64,000 nt of DNA from Nitrosopumilus sp. (GTDB taxonomy: Archaea; Thermoproteota; Nitrososphaeria; Nitrososphaerales; Nitrosopumilaceae). Below are positions 22,936 to 33,155 of this stretch, in pieces (positions within the stretch are counted from its first letter, which is position 1; each line of letters opens with the position of its first letter). Location: positions 416,001 through 480,000 of the forward strand of contig OZ241857.1 of assembly GCA_965203315.1 (NCBI GenBank), given 5' to 3'. The position numbers and the translations under genes are program-made. The notes beneath the pieces are model-generated. The model was not told the origin of the DNA and ran no database searches. It worked only from the letters and a program-made list of their open reading frames with translations.

Positions 22936-25226
22936 TCTGTATCACACTACCACCAAAGATACCAGATCCACCAAAACGATCTATGTCGTCTAGATTTACG
23001 AGTATAATACGTATAGTCAAAGAGACCAAATCGACACTAAACAGTCCATTATCTGCTGTGGTTCCAGGTGTTACACCTGCACTACAAGCACTGATCATCA
23101 TAGGTACAATAGTTGCATTCAATGGGGCAATGTTGGCTCTTGTAAATCAGATCAGACTAGAGTTCCTAGAGTTGATTACAACAATGCCCAATTTCGAGTT
23201 CTCTGTAAATGATGCAGGACAAGAGACAGGCAACTTTTCGTTTGTGTTGTATTCACTGTTACGAGATGCTGCGTTGTATTTCTTTATCTTTGTGTTTATG
23301 ATATTTGGCATATTATTGATGTTGAAACAGGCAGAACTAGTAACAACAGAGACACTAAAGAATATGGTCAAGACCTCATTAATAGGGATAATCATAATAA
23401 TGATCTTTCCATATATCTGGGATCCAATATCAGACATGTCAGAGGGTGCAGCTGTATGGATATTGAATCCGTTATACACAGGAGATCCAGACAATCCCTG
23501 TCTTACTGAGAGTGACAACTATCTAGTTGCTGAACTATATTCACACCAACGAAACATGTCCAAGTTTGCTTCAGTGGGTGGCATATACGCAGACAACGAA
23601 CCATGTAATCCAAATCTACGAATCAACTATCTGTTCGCAAAGGCAGTCTTTGGAGCATCCGAAGAGATCAAAGTCGAAGAAGGCTGGTGGAACTTTATAG
23701 ATACTATTAATGCATGGTTTCAGACAGGAACAGAGTCGGTATTTAGTGCCATATTTCTATCTGTAACAAAGGTTAGTATTCTATTCTTTTTAACTACATT
23801 TGCAGCTCTGTTGGGCTCTGTACGACAGTTACTGACAGATGTCGTTGCTATATCGTTACCATTACTATTGGTCTTTCGTTCATTGCCGTTCTGGGGTATC
23901 GACAAGATGGCAAATACTCTTCTTACAATATTTGTGCCACTGATATTTGTCCCATTCTTTACTGCATTGATTATAACTGCAGGTTCTACTAGTCTGATGA
24001 CCCAGGAGATTGATCTGACTACAATAACAGAAGAGGAGAGACAAGCAGGTGCAATAGATACTTTGGCACGTGACAGATACATGTTTTGGTTGTATGCCAT
24101 TGCAACACTGACTCTGGCTGTACTCACGCCTGTACTATTTGTACCCATGTTGAGTAGTGTTGCAGGTACTATCAGTACTATGGTACAGACAGGCATACAA
24201 TCTGGTGTGATGTCGATGGCTGGTGTAACAGCTGGAGCAGCTGCAGGCGCAACAGGTACAGTACAAGGCATGGCAGCTGGAGCTTCAGCCACAGGATCTG
24301 GACTGTTGTCGACTATGGCATCGCGTGGCGGTATGGGCTCCATGATCAAGGGCATGGCACAAGGGATGGTATCAGAGGGAACACACGGCAAGATAACTCC
24401 CGGTGGCGGACCAGCAGGATATGAAACAGGATATCACACTGCAGAGCAACGAGCACACAACATCGAAGCTGCACGTAGAGTATCGGCAAAGGGAATCTTT
24501 ACAGGTGCAGGTGGTGTTCCTGGCGATCCGGTTCCTGGCTCAGCACCATTTGGCGTAACACCAGGTACACAGGGACAGACTGGTACTAGTGGTACTGGCG
24601 GTACAAGTGGCACTCAAGTACCAGGCCAATCAAACCTACATGTGTTTGGAGTACCTGGTGGCATTCCTGTAGGAACCAGTATGCCGTCCAAGAGTCATGC
24701 ACCACTAGGTGATTATGGACAAGAACGCAAGTACATTACACAAAAAACTGGTATTCAAAGGATCAGAGATCTCGAACATGATGCTCAAATAGGTAATCTA
24801 CCTAGCACAAACACCCTTAGAGAGTGGAATAACGACATGTATCCACTACGAACAGCTGCACTAGAGGCACATAGAGAAAACTCAAAGCAGAGAGATCTCG
24901 AAAAGATACAGAGACAACACCAGAGAGAGTATGACACGTCTGAGGCTAGATACCAAAATGAATCATTTTTTAGAGATCGTAACGAACAGCAAACTCGTGG
25001 CAAGAGTACTGGTAAGAGTGGCAAGAAGGTGTTCCACCCACAACAAGAGAAACTATGGAAGAACCTCCCATCAAATGAGCAATATGTGACTTGGACTCCA
25101 AGCGATATCAAATCAGACGCAAATGGCACAGAAAGTGAGAAGCGAAGCCAAATCGGTGATACTAAAAGGAATGATTATGTAGAAAATAACACACACAGAA
25201 AGAATGAATTAAAAAAACAAATCTAG
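22932..25226 (+). CDS. VirB6/TrbL-like polytopic membrane protein
   Basis: Multiple TM helices, then a Gly/Ala/Thr-rich linker and charged tail; near VirB4/VirD4. Confidence 0.7.
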   Translation: MICITLPPKIPDPPKRSMSSRFTSIIRIVKETKSTLNSPLSAVVPGVTPALQALIIIGTIVAFNGAMLALVNQIRLEFLELITTMPNFEFSVNDAGQETGNFSFVLYSLLRDAALYFFIFVFMIFGILLMLKQAELVTTETLKNMVKTSLIGIIIIMIFPYIWDPISDMSEGAAVWILNPLYTGDPDNPCLTESDNYLVAELYSHQRNMSKFASVGGIYADNEPCNPNLRINYLFAKAVFGASEEIKVEEGWWNFIDTINAWFQTGTESVFSAIFLSVTKVSILFFLTTFAALLGSVRQLLTDVVAISLPLLLVFRSLPFWGIDKMANTLLTIFVPLIFVPFFTALIITAGSTSLMTQEIDLTTITEEERQAGAIDTLARDRYMFWLYAIATLTLAVLTPVLFVPMLSSVAGTISTMVQTGIQSGVMSMAGVTAGAAAGATGTVQGMAAGASATGSGLLSTMASRGGMGSMIKGMAQGMVSEGTHGKITPGGGPAGYETGYHTAEQRAHNIEAARRVSAKGIFTGAGGVPGDPVPGSAPFGVTPGTQGQTGTSGTGGTSGTQVPGQSNLHVFGVPGGIPVGTSMPSKSHAPLGDYGQERKYITQKTGIQRIRDLEHDAQIGNLPSTNTLREWNNDMYPLRTAALEAHRENSKQRDLEKIQRQHQREYDTSEARYQNESFFRDRNEQQTRGKSTGKSGKKVFHPQQEKLWKNLPSNEQYVTWTPSDIKSDANGTESEKRSQIGDTKRNDYVENNTHRKNELKKQI

Positions 25227-25377
25227 TAAACCAAATAAGCCACACTTGTAAGGAACAAAGAAAAAATGATCACACTTGTATTCGATTATACAGTATATTC
25301 TGCAATCTATTGATCTGTCTCGAATATTCGGTCTCATTAATTCATCAAACTGCACAAAATAGCCTCATGCTCCTTGC

Positions 25378-27474
25378 ATGCAACCTTTAAAAGCAACAAG
25401 TACCTTACAATACAGTATGATCGCTAAACAAGCAAACGAGTATACGATAATAGAGATTCCACTCAAGAAGGGAAAGACCCTAGAGATCACAAACCAATGT
25501 ATTGGAGTATACAGCTCCAAAGGAGTCCATCTACTGATTCCTGTACACAACATACGAATCATATCTCCTGTAAATAAGAATAAAATTCGCATTCAATACA
25601 TCGAAGTGGATCAACAGAACCCAAGCATCTATCAACGCAGGCAGATAATCTATGATCTCGATAAACCCAACCTCTCTCCTTTACAACTATGTCACAAGAT
25701 TCTAGAAGAGTATGAGAAACTAGGCATTGTCTCTAAAAATCCGGATGGCTTACTGTTTATGCCACCGGATGAGCATATTGTCGTAACATACCCAAACGTC
25801 CACACAAACGAAGGCAATGGTCTATTATACATCACAAATCTAGGTATTACACTTGAGACAAATGAGGGTATATCCTGTGACATATCCTATGCGCTAATGT
25901 CATTAATCACCGATCACAAGAAAGACATCATCAGAATAGTCTGGGAAGAGATATCACCTAAAGGCTCTACATCAAAGCATACATTCGACTTTACATTACC
26001 AAAAAAAGTAGACCGTGATCTAGCATCAAACTTGGCTAAAGAACAACTCTCTCGATTTAGAACAGAGAGCAGCTATGCATTTTTGCAGATGGACAAATAT
26101 TACAACAATCTCAATTATGATGCACTATATGATCTAGCAAGAAAAAGAGATGAACAGTTTGAGTCACATCTGATGCGTCACACAGAGTTTACTTTTGGTC
26201 ACATATCCCCCGAATTTACAGAATTTGAGAAGGATCTAATTCAATCATGCAAGCTACTCGGATATGATATAGGTTTAATCACAGAAAAAACAGACGAGGA
26301 AATAGAGCAACGTAAATCTGCAACACAATACATGCACTTTCACAACAGAGTCAAGAAAGAGATAAAATCACATAGTGAAGCAATGGATAGACTTTGGAAA
26401 GATCTTCCCAACGCACCTGAAAAATATGAAGACGCATTGAATATATTGTATGAAAATGAAGAGTGGCAAGATCACAATAGAGCAATCATAGAGATAGAGA
26501 ACAGAAATCCAGAGATTCTAAAGAGTCAGCAATACTTTAACAAAATATTGGCTGAGGGTTTGAGATACTATGATAAACGCGCAGTGATACTGTACAAAGA
26601 ATGGTGCAAGAATGTACCATTACAAGACTTTACAGACGAGTATGACGACGAATGGATCAACTATTTGCTAGAGAAACTAGATACGCCTCAAGGACATAAT
26701 CCTCTCTCTAGTTCATGTATATCTCGTGACAAATTAAAAGAACAATTAAACATGAGAAACAGAAACAGAACGACACTTGCAAACTTTTCAGCGCCAGACC
26801 ACATAGACAAGAGAGACATCTATAACAACTGTTGGTATGACAAACAGCATGACATGTGGTATGTCCAAGATGATAATTTAGATGAAATATTACAAGGACA
26901 TGCAGACTCTGATCTAGATGACTCACAGAGTACAATCGGCAGACGTGTGTGGGGATTCAAAGGCGATAATGTACAAATGTTTTGTGGCTGGCCGTCAATC
27001 ACATATGAGAGTGAAGATGGCAGATACGAAGATAGAGTTACATTTAGTCGAGTGACAGGTCAAGAGTTGCGTAGAACCGAATTTAAGTTCGTCTCTTTTA
27101 TCTTACCAATCTTGAGAGATGAGGATATCAATAAGCATATGGAGTGCATGTATGGGGGATTAGCATATTCGTCAACCGAAGTAGCGTGTTGTATTTTGCC
27201 TAGTGGCGGTTTTAAATGGATGACTCCAAAGATGTTAAAACTCGCTGGTGAGAATTATGGGTTTGGTGACATTCCATTAAATGAACGAGTCAGACGTGCA
27301 TTATTCAAGGTGGAATCAGGTGTCTGCTTTAATGTTCAAGCACCACTAGAACCTGTACCGATCAAGATTCCTGACGAGTATCCAGATCATCCGTACATGA
27401 ATAGATTTGCACGTACAGCTCCGTTTGTAGTCTGCTGGCCAAAGAAGAGAATGCCTGATAGGAGTCACGTCTAG
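25378..27474 (+). CDS. Large hypothetical protein, possible N-terminal PH/GRAM-like domains
   Basis: 698 aa ORF; 'GLLYITNLGITLE' segment. Confidence 0.6.
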   Translation: MQPLKATSTLQYSMIAKQANEYTIIEIPLKKGKTLEITNQCIGVYSSKGVHLLIPVHNIRIISPVNKNKIRIQYIEVDQQNPSIYQRRQIIYDLDKPNLSPLQLCHKILEEYEKLGIVSKNPDGLLFMPPDEHIVVTYPNVHTNEGNGLLYITNLGITLETNEGISCDISYALMSLITDHKKDIIRIVWEEISPKGSTSKHTFDFTLPKKVDRDLASNLAKEQLSRFRTESSYAFLQMDKYYNNLNYDALYDLARKRDEQFESHLMRHTEFTFGHISPEFTEFEKDLIQSCKLLGYDIGLITEKTDEEIEQRKSATQYMHFHNRVKKEIKSHSEAMDRLWKDLPNAPEKYEDALNILYENEEWQDHNRAIIEIENRNPEILKSQQYFNKILAEGLRYYDKRAVILYKEWCKNVPLQDFTDEYDDEWINYLLEKLDTPQGHNPLSSSCISRDKLKEQLNMRNRNRTTLANFSAPDHIDKRDIYNNCWYDKQHDMWYVQDDNLDEILQGHADSDLDDSQSTIGRRVWGFKGDNVQMFCGWPSITYESEDGRYEDRVTFSRVTGQELRRTEFKFVSFILPILRDEDINKHMECMYGGLAYSSTEVACCILPSGGFKWMTPKMLKLAGENYGFGDIPLNERVRRALFKVESGVCFNVQAPLEPVPIKIPDEYPDHPYMNRFARTAPFVVCWPKKRMPDRSHV

Positions 27475-27510
27475 TCCAATCACGATAGAGATATATGAGT
27501 GAGATAAACT

Positions 27511-28149
27511 ATGAATTTAATTGTCGTAATTGTTCTAGGTCTAGTCGCAATTTCAACACTGTTTGCAGTTTCAGTTCTGTATATTGTACCCATCATAATC
27601 ACAAGTATCGATATTGATGCAGTGTACTTTTTAGCTGCAATTGTTACAATCTTTTCACTCATTCTTTCACCTCTTGTGTATTTCATAAAGAGATGGAATA
27701 ACGAAAAAGCAGAAACAAAGAGAGCATCTGGCAACATCTGTCGTGAACTTAGAGATACACTAGAGTCACTAGATCGTAGTAAATTTCGCAACGAATCCAT
27801 AGATTTTACAACTAAAGATGGCAAAAAAGTCTATTTCATGAACAGGGTTCTTAATCATGACTTTTATGATAGCTTGATATCGTCAGGAAAGATTAACTTT
27901 CTCGATCCTGATCTTCAACAACATGTTCAAAATATCTTTAAATTAATTAAAAGACACAACGAACATCTAAAAATAGCTGAGAAAATAAGAATTGATAAGC
28001 AAGAATCATTTCCAGAGGAAACACACATATACCACATATGGATGGAACGTGATGAAAGAATGTTGCTACAAGACATACCTGTTTTGATAAAGAATATAGA
28101 GTTCAAGTTTGGTAATTGCACTTACCTATCTTTGAATAATTATGGATAG
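27511..28149 (+). CDS. Hypothetical membrane-anchored protein
   Basis: Two N-terminal TM segments followed by a soluble helical domain. Confidence 0.7.
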   Translation: MNLIVVIVLGLVAISTLFAVSVLYIVPIIITSIDIDAVYFLAAIVTIFSLILSPLVYFIKRWNNEKAETKRASGNICRELRDTLESLDRSKFRNESIDFTTKDGKKVYFMNRVLNHDFYDSLISSGKINFLDPDLQQHVQNIFKLIKRHNEHLKIAEKIRIDKQESFPEETHIYHIWMERDERMLLQDIPVLIKNIEFKFGNCTYLSLNNYG

Positions 28150-28682
28150 TGTTCTTTTTTAGGCGTGGTTTGTTTTTTTGTGTTGCATAGTCCACAATAT
28201 GAATCCATCTTACGGAAATCAAATGGACACAATTTGAACGATTTTGCCCATAGAAATAACACATACGCTGTCGTCATTACAAGATGAGTACGTCCATAAA
28301 AAGTACACATACGTTCTTTTGTTGCCGTCTTGGAAAACACTTTTGCGCTCTAGTGTATTAACACAAGATTGTGATCTTTGCGATAGTTCATATTTACAAT
28401 CCCATCTCCCAAGGATTATACAGAACCCGCAATTGTGGGATCCAAAAAGTAGTTCGCCCCTCGTTTGATGTGGTATTCTTTTTACGAGTCATCGATTTCT
28501 ACTCCTTTTGGCGGTTGTTTGTTGATAAACGCTTTGTATGGTGTCTCTCTGATGTCAATATTGAGAGACATGTGAATGCGTTCATAGTTGTACCATTTCA
28601 TTGTATTTACTACAAACATGTCTACTGGATCACTTGTTCGTTGCATGTATCCTGCAAATACTGGATATTTGCGTTCTACCTC

Positions 28683-30143
28683 AGCTCTGTTCAATGAATA
28701 TTTTTGCAATATGATGGTTTAGTGGTGGTTTAGATGAAAACACATCAGATGTGCAATTCGGAATCAATTTCTCATTAAAATTAAAGCTTGTTGTACTGAA
28801 ATGTTGTTTTTTACTACAAAATGAACAAGATTCTGACAATCAAAAGTTAGAAATCATTAAAAAAATCAAAGGTTTGCAAGTATTTGTTTTTTAATTATTC
28901 GCAAGTTATGTGCGGCAACCCTAAATAACAATTCTTGAACCATATGTTCCCACAATATCGATTTTAGACCTTCGCCAAACAGACGCTTCATTGTAGAAAA
29001 TACACCCTCCGATGCAGAGCGTTCACCATAACCGTTTTTTCTCCCCCATCTTGCTTGATTTTTTAATCTATCTTTTTTTGTGATCTTTGTTACATCTTTG
29101 CATTTTGAGCCAAAAGTTAACTGAATCTGAGCAGTTTTGCTTCTAACAGTTTCAAGATATGTTTTGGCAGTGTATCTTATTGGAATTATTGGTTTAATCC
29201 CACGCTTTTTACAGTACTCGAAGATTTCAACTGTGTCGTAGCCTTTATCAGCTAGAATTTTAATCTCTATGTCATTAATATTACAACATTTTTGGAGCAT
29301 ACCGATCGCAAATTCAACGAGTTCAATAAATTGAGATGAATCTGCTTCAGAATCGGTTGTAATGGTACATCCTAGTATTGCCTTTGTTTTTACGTCTATG
29401 ATTGGGTGTAATTTAACAAATCCTTTCTTCTTTACTTTGTCCTTTTCTTTCTCGAACCTAAACTCGATCCATCTACCGCCTGCGTGTTGTGTAAATCCAG
29501 AGGCATCCAGGGAAAGAATGACTTCTTTAAAATGATCTGCAACTGCGATATCATTTAAAATGTCTACCTCCTTGTCATTTATTCTAGTAAATAATGTAGT
29601 ATAAGCTGGTATATCGAAATCAGGAAAAAATCGTTTTAATTCGTCTTCTAATTCTCTATATGATAATCCTCGCTTAGCTCTTATCATTGCAGCACATCTC
29701 AAAAAAGATTCCGAATAGGCGTATTGACCGCCACGTTTCTTTACGTTCATCTTTTTTAATTCTTTCCTAAACAGTTCTGCAAATTCCTCAGTATCGATTA
29801 CTCCAAATTCAAATAATAACAAAACATATCTGACCGTTGAACCTTTACTAAGTTGCTTTGCTATTCTTCTTATTTTATTTCTTTCTTTATTTTGAACTTT
29901 TTTATCTTTTAAAATTTTGAATGTTGACTTGTTTTTACGTTTCAATATCTTGTAGAAAATAGATACCCTATATAGATCTTTTCATTTAATTTTAAAATTA
30001 CGTCACAAAAAACGAAATCATAATTAAAAGCAAACTAACGTGCAATTTAATTTCATAATCTCTAATCAGCTCCGAATTTGACGCAGTTGAGTATTAACTA
30101 ATGAGAAATTTTGCAGTTTTGTGCCTATTCATTGAACAGAGCA
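28683..30143 (-). mobile_element. IS5-family (IS903-like) element; transposase 28866-29945
   Basis: TIR GCTCTGTTCAATGAATA; 9-bp TSD TTCTACCTC; LDASG, ADKGYD and YGERSASE motifs. Confidence 0.9.
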
Positions 30144-30433
30144 TTCTACCTCTCCAAATAGTCGTTCTACTTTGCCGTTGGTCTGTGGATGATTTACGCG
30201 TCCAAGAAGATGCTGTATTCCTAGTTCTGCTAATCTTGCCTCAAACTTGGATATTCCTTTCTTCTTGTTCTCACCTGCATTGGCGTAAAACTGCGTTCCA
30301 TGATCTGTAAGGATTGCTTTTGGTTTTCCATAATTTTTGATGGCCTCATCCAACACTGCAAGTGTATTCTCTGCTGTTGCATGGTCAAATATGCCATATC
30401 CGACCACAAATCTAGACGCATCGTCCAGATAAG

Positions 30434-31902
30434 GGTTCTTTTAACTTATCGGGGGGTAGTAAATTGACAAATTTGACACTAAATTTTAGAAATAACGAAT
30501 CATGTATTAAAATATAGAAAAATAATAGAGAATAATTGCAAACTGGTTGTTTGTGATTTAAAATTATGACACACTAGTTGGCAAGAGCTGCATTTTCAAT
30601 CAATATGCGCCATTTATTGTCACCTTGTATTACAATTCCAGCTTTTTCAGCTGGCGTGTTTCCATTTAAACTACTATGCGGCCTTATGAAATTATAATTT
30701 ATCCACATGCCCTCAAAAAATGGACTAGAGGTTGTTTTCAAACCTCTGAGAACTTTTTCACGGTCTCTTATACTGCCGTTAAAGCGTTCTTGTTTGTTGT
30801 TGTTTTTTCTTTTCTTTTGCATGTGAATCTCTTTAATGTGTGTGGGCTTTTTAATTGCAGATTTAAACGCGTTTTTGATGGCAAAGGGATACACTGGCGA
30901 ACCATCAGATACCACTTTGCTAGGAACCATTCTTGTAATTTGTTGAGCAGAATTAAACATTTTGATTGCATTGTGTCCCTCTTTTGTATCGCCTAGTTCA
31001 TATGAAATAAAAAATCTTGTAGTACTATCAGTTATTGCAAAGAGCCATTTTATCTCACCATTGATCTTGACGTACATCTCATCTGTGTGCCATTTTATCC
31101 CAACCTTTGGTGAAAACTTTGACAAATATGCATGTATTAGTTTAGTGTATTTTACGACCCATTTGTATATGGAAACAAAGGACACTTTACATCCTTGTCG
31201 TTTAAAACACTGTTCAATAGCGACAAAAGACATTCCTGAAAAATACAAGTCTATGGCCAAAGTTATCCATTTGGGATCAACTCTAGCTCGCTCAAATCCT
31301 ACATTGCCACAGAATTCTCTGTTACATTTTAGGCATTCATACCTCTGAACGTCACCGCTTTTGTTATGACGTATACCATTTTTGCGAAATTTTCTTAATT
31401 TGCAATGCGTGCAACGAATAATCTCTGCAGGTTTAATTTTAATTTTCTTTATCAGGTTTTTTAAAAATTCAATAACCAACAAGACATGTTTGCACAAATG
31501 TTTTCGAACTCTAATACCATTGCAGGAACAACACCAACAAGATTTATCTTTTTTAATTTTATACGTTTTATTCTCTTGTTTGGATTTAACTGTATAGCGA
31601 TTGTTCCTTCTCGCTTTAATTGAGTACTTGTCGCTAACGATTTTTTCTATCTGCATTAATTCTTGCTCCATAATTACCTCAAAATCGATACCATATATAG
31701 ATCTTTCGGAATAAATCTACTATTTCAAAAATATTTTACTGCCAATATGTAAAAAATCTTAATTACAAAAACACGTGTGCGATTTTTATTAGATGAAATA
31801 ACACACGATATCGAAAAACAAGGTCGTTATGAAATTTTAACACTCAACTCGCTGATTAAAAACACCAAAAACAACGTCATCCCCCGTTAAGTTAAAAGAA
31901 CC
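30434..31902 (-). mobile_element. IS6-family element, copy A; intact transposase 30574-31671
   Basis: TIR GGTTCTTTTAACTTA; 8-bp TSD CAGATAAG; HTDE, VSDG and NNKQERFN motifs. Confidence 0.93.
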
Positions 31903-32540
31903 CAGATAAGCGATTAACCATCTACCATCAGGTAGTTGTTTCCAGTCTACATGCCATAAAGAGTTGGAATGTTTACGCTCATATCGCACAAATTTGCGTT
32001 GATGTTTGCGTTGTTTTTTGGTTAGATTCTCATCTTGTAGGATCATTTGTATCATGTACCGTGGAACGCTTATTCCAAGATACTTTACTAGATCACGTTT
32101 GAGATTTGCGGCTCCTTGACCTGTTAAAACACGCAGTGTTAGTACTGCAGAGTGTTCTAGCCTACCTACTAGACTCTTCTTGGGTCTACCCATGGGTTTT
32201 GGGTATACCATCTGATTTGGTTCTACATTCTTGTATCTGGCAAACAATTTTTGAACCCAACGAACCGATACGCCCATCTGTTCTGCAATGACAGAGTTCT
32301 TGGTTCCTTTGCTCTTTTCTCGTACAATGTATTGTACTTTTTGTTGATCTAATTTACTCATTCTTCGAATTCGCTTCTTGCCTACATATTTCCACCTCTC
32401 ATCATAGCTGCGTACACGCTTTCGACGGGGCTTAGAACTTGCACTCACACTCTTGATTGAGGGGTGAACTACTTTTTGGATCTTACAATACAGAACCCGC
32501 AATAGTAATGTTTTTAAGCTTATCTTCACTATGTTACTGT

Positions 32541-32654
32541 ATGTTTAACAAAAAGTCTAGTAAACCCAAAGAAGACTCGGATAAACCATTCTATGGGAGT
32601 ATACCAGGTATCGACATCCCTGGTGCTAGTAAGGGCAAGCTGAGACCATCGTAG
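32541..32654 (+). CDS. Small 37-aa protein, paralogue 1
   Basis: MFNKKSSKPKEDSDKPFYGSIPGIDIPGASKGKLRPS; TTTAA box about 28 bp upstream; conserved with 32931-33053. Confidence 0.65.
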   Translation: MFNKKSSKPKEDSDKPFYGSIPGIDIPGASKGKLRPS

Positions 32655-32726
32655 AATAGGGTACTTGGTGAAAAATCAAATACAAATAAAGAAATCGCTG
32701 ATGAGCCTTTCTATGAAAGCATAGAA

Positions 32727-32901
32727 GTTTCTGTTCAATTGACGGTAGTCGAGATCGCGATGACATTATCTCAAAGAACGCCCAAGATGAGACTCAAAAC
32801 AGCAACAATTTACGATAGCCGATATGAGTCCGTTTCCATATTTTGCAAAGTTTCAAGAATTTTGTGCAGAAAATACCAACCCCTGTCAAATGAACAGAAC
32901 C
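32727..32901. mobile_element. MITE copy 2
   Basis: Colinear with 10813-10989; ends GTTTCTGTTCAATTGAC / GTCAAATGAACAGAACC. Confidence 0.85.
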
Positions 32902-32930
32902 TTTTAAACATATGGTTACTATGTTACTGT

Positions 32931-33053
32931 ATGTTTAACAAAAAATCAGATAAAACTAAAGATGACTCATATCAGCCTTTCTATGGAAGCATAGAAGCAC
33001 CAGACATACCAGGTGCCATAAAGGGCAAATTGAGACCAACATCAAAGGACTGA
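32931..33053 (+). CDS. Small 40-aa protein, paralogue 2
   Basis: MFNKKSDKTKDDSYQPFYGSIEAPDIPGAIKGKLRPTSKD; same leader ACTATGTTACTGT and a TTTAA box. Confidence 0.65.
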   Translation: MFNKKSDKTKDDSYQPFYGSIEAPDIPGAIKGKLRPTSKD

Positions 33054-33155
33054 GTTTCCTAGCGGTCTTTTTTAGCTCTTGATCGAATGCGCATCCCTCA
33101 CAAACTCGAGATGTGTCAAATTTCCTCTTTTAAACAATTTTTACAGTTATGATGT

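Larger units (their letters stand above)
28482..32361 (-). pseudogene. IS481 transposase in three pieces (32361-31903, 30433-30144, 28682-28482)
   Basis: WHVDWK..IAYL|DDASRF..TDHGTQF..PQTNGKVERLFGEVE|RKY..YNYERIHMSL joins in frame. Confidence 0.88.
28434..32487 (-). mobile_element. IS481-family element carrying two nested IS insertions
   Basis: TGT...ACA ends with TIR GATCCAAAAAGTAGTTC(G/A)CCCCTC; 16-bp direct repeat ATACAGAACCCGCAAT (28418-28433, 32488-32503). Confidence 0.9.

Noticed and set aside
23720-24391. 223-aa antisense ORF and many other short shadow ORFs
   Set aside because: They are antisense or alternate-frame to well-supported genes and have no motifs.
24560-24620. GGTACT/GGCACT-like repeats
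   Set aside because: They encode the Gly/Thr/Ser linker of the VirB6-like protein and are not a separate DNA element.
28683-30143. Reading the ends as a separate MITE wrapped around an IS5
   Set aside because: The 9-bp TSD and a length similar to 37662-39184 fit a single IS903-like element; no clear inner TIR/TSD pair was found.
31837-32529. 230-aa ORF as a complete gene
   Set aside because: It is the 5' part of the split IS481 transposase, reading into the IS6 end and extended upstream past the real start (32361).
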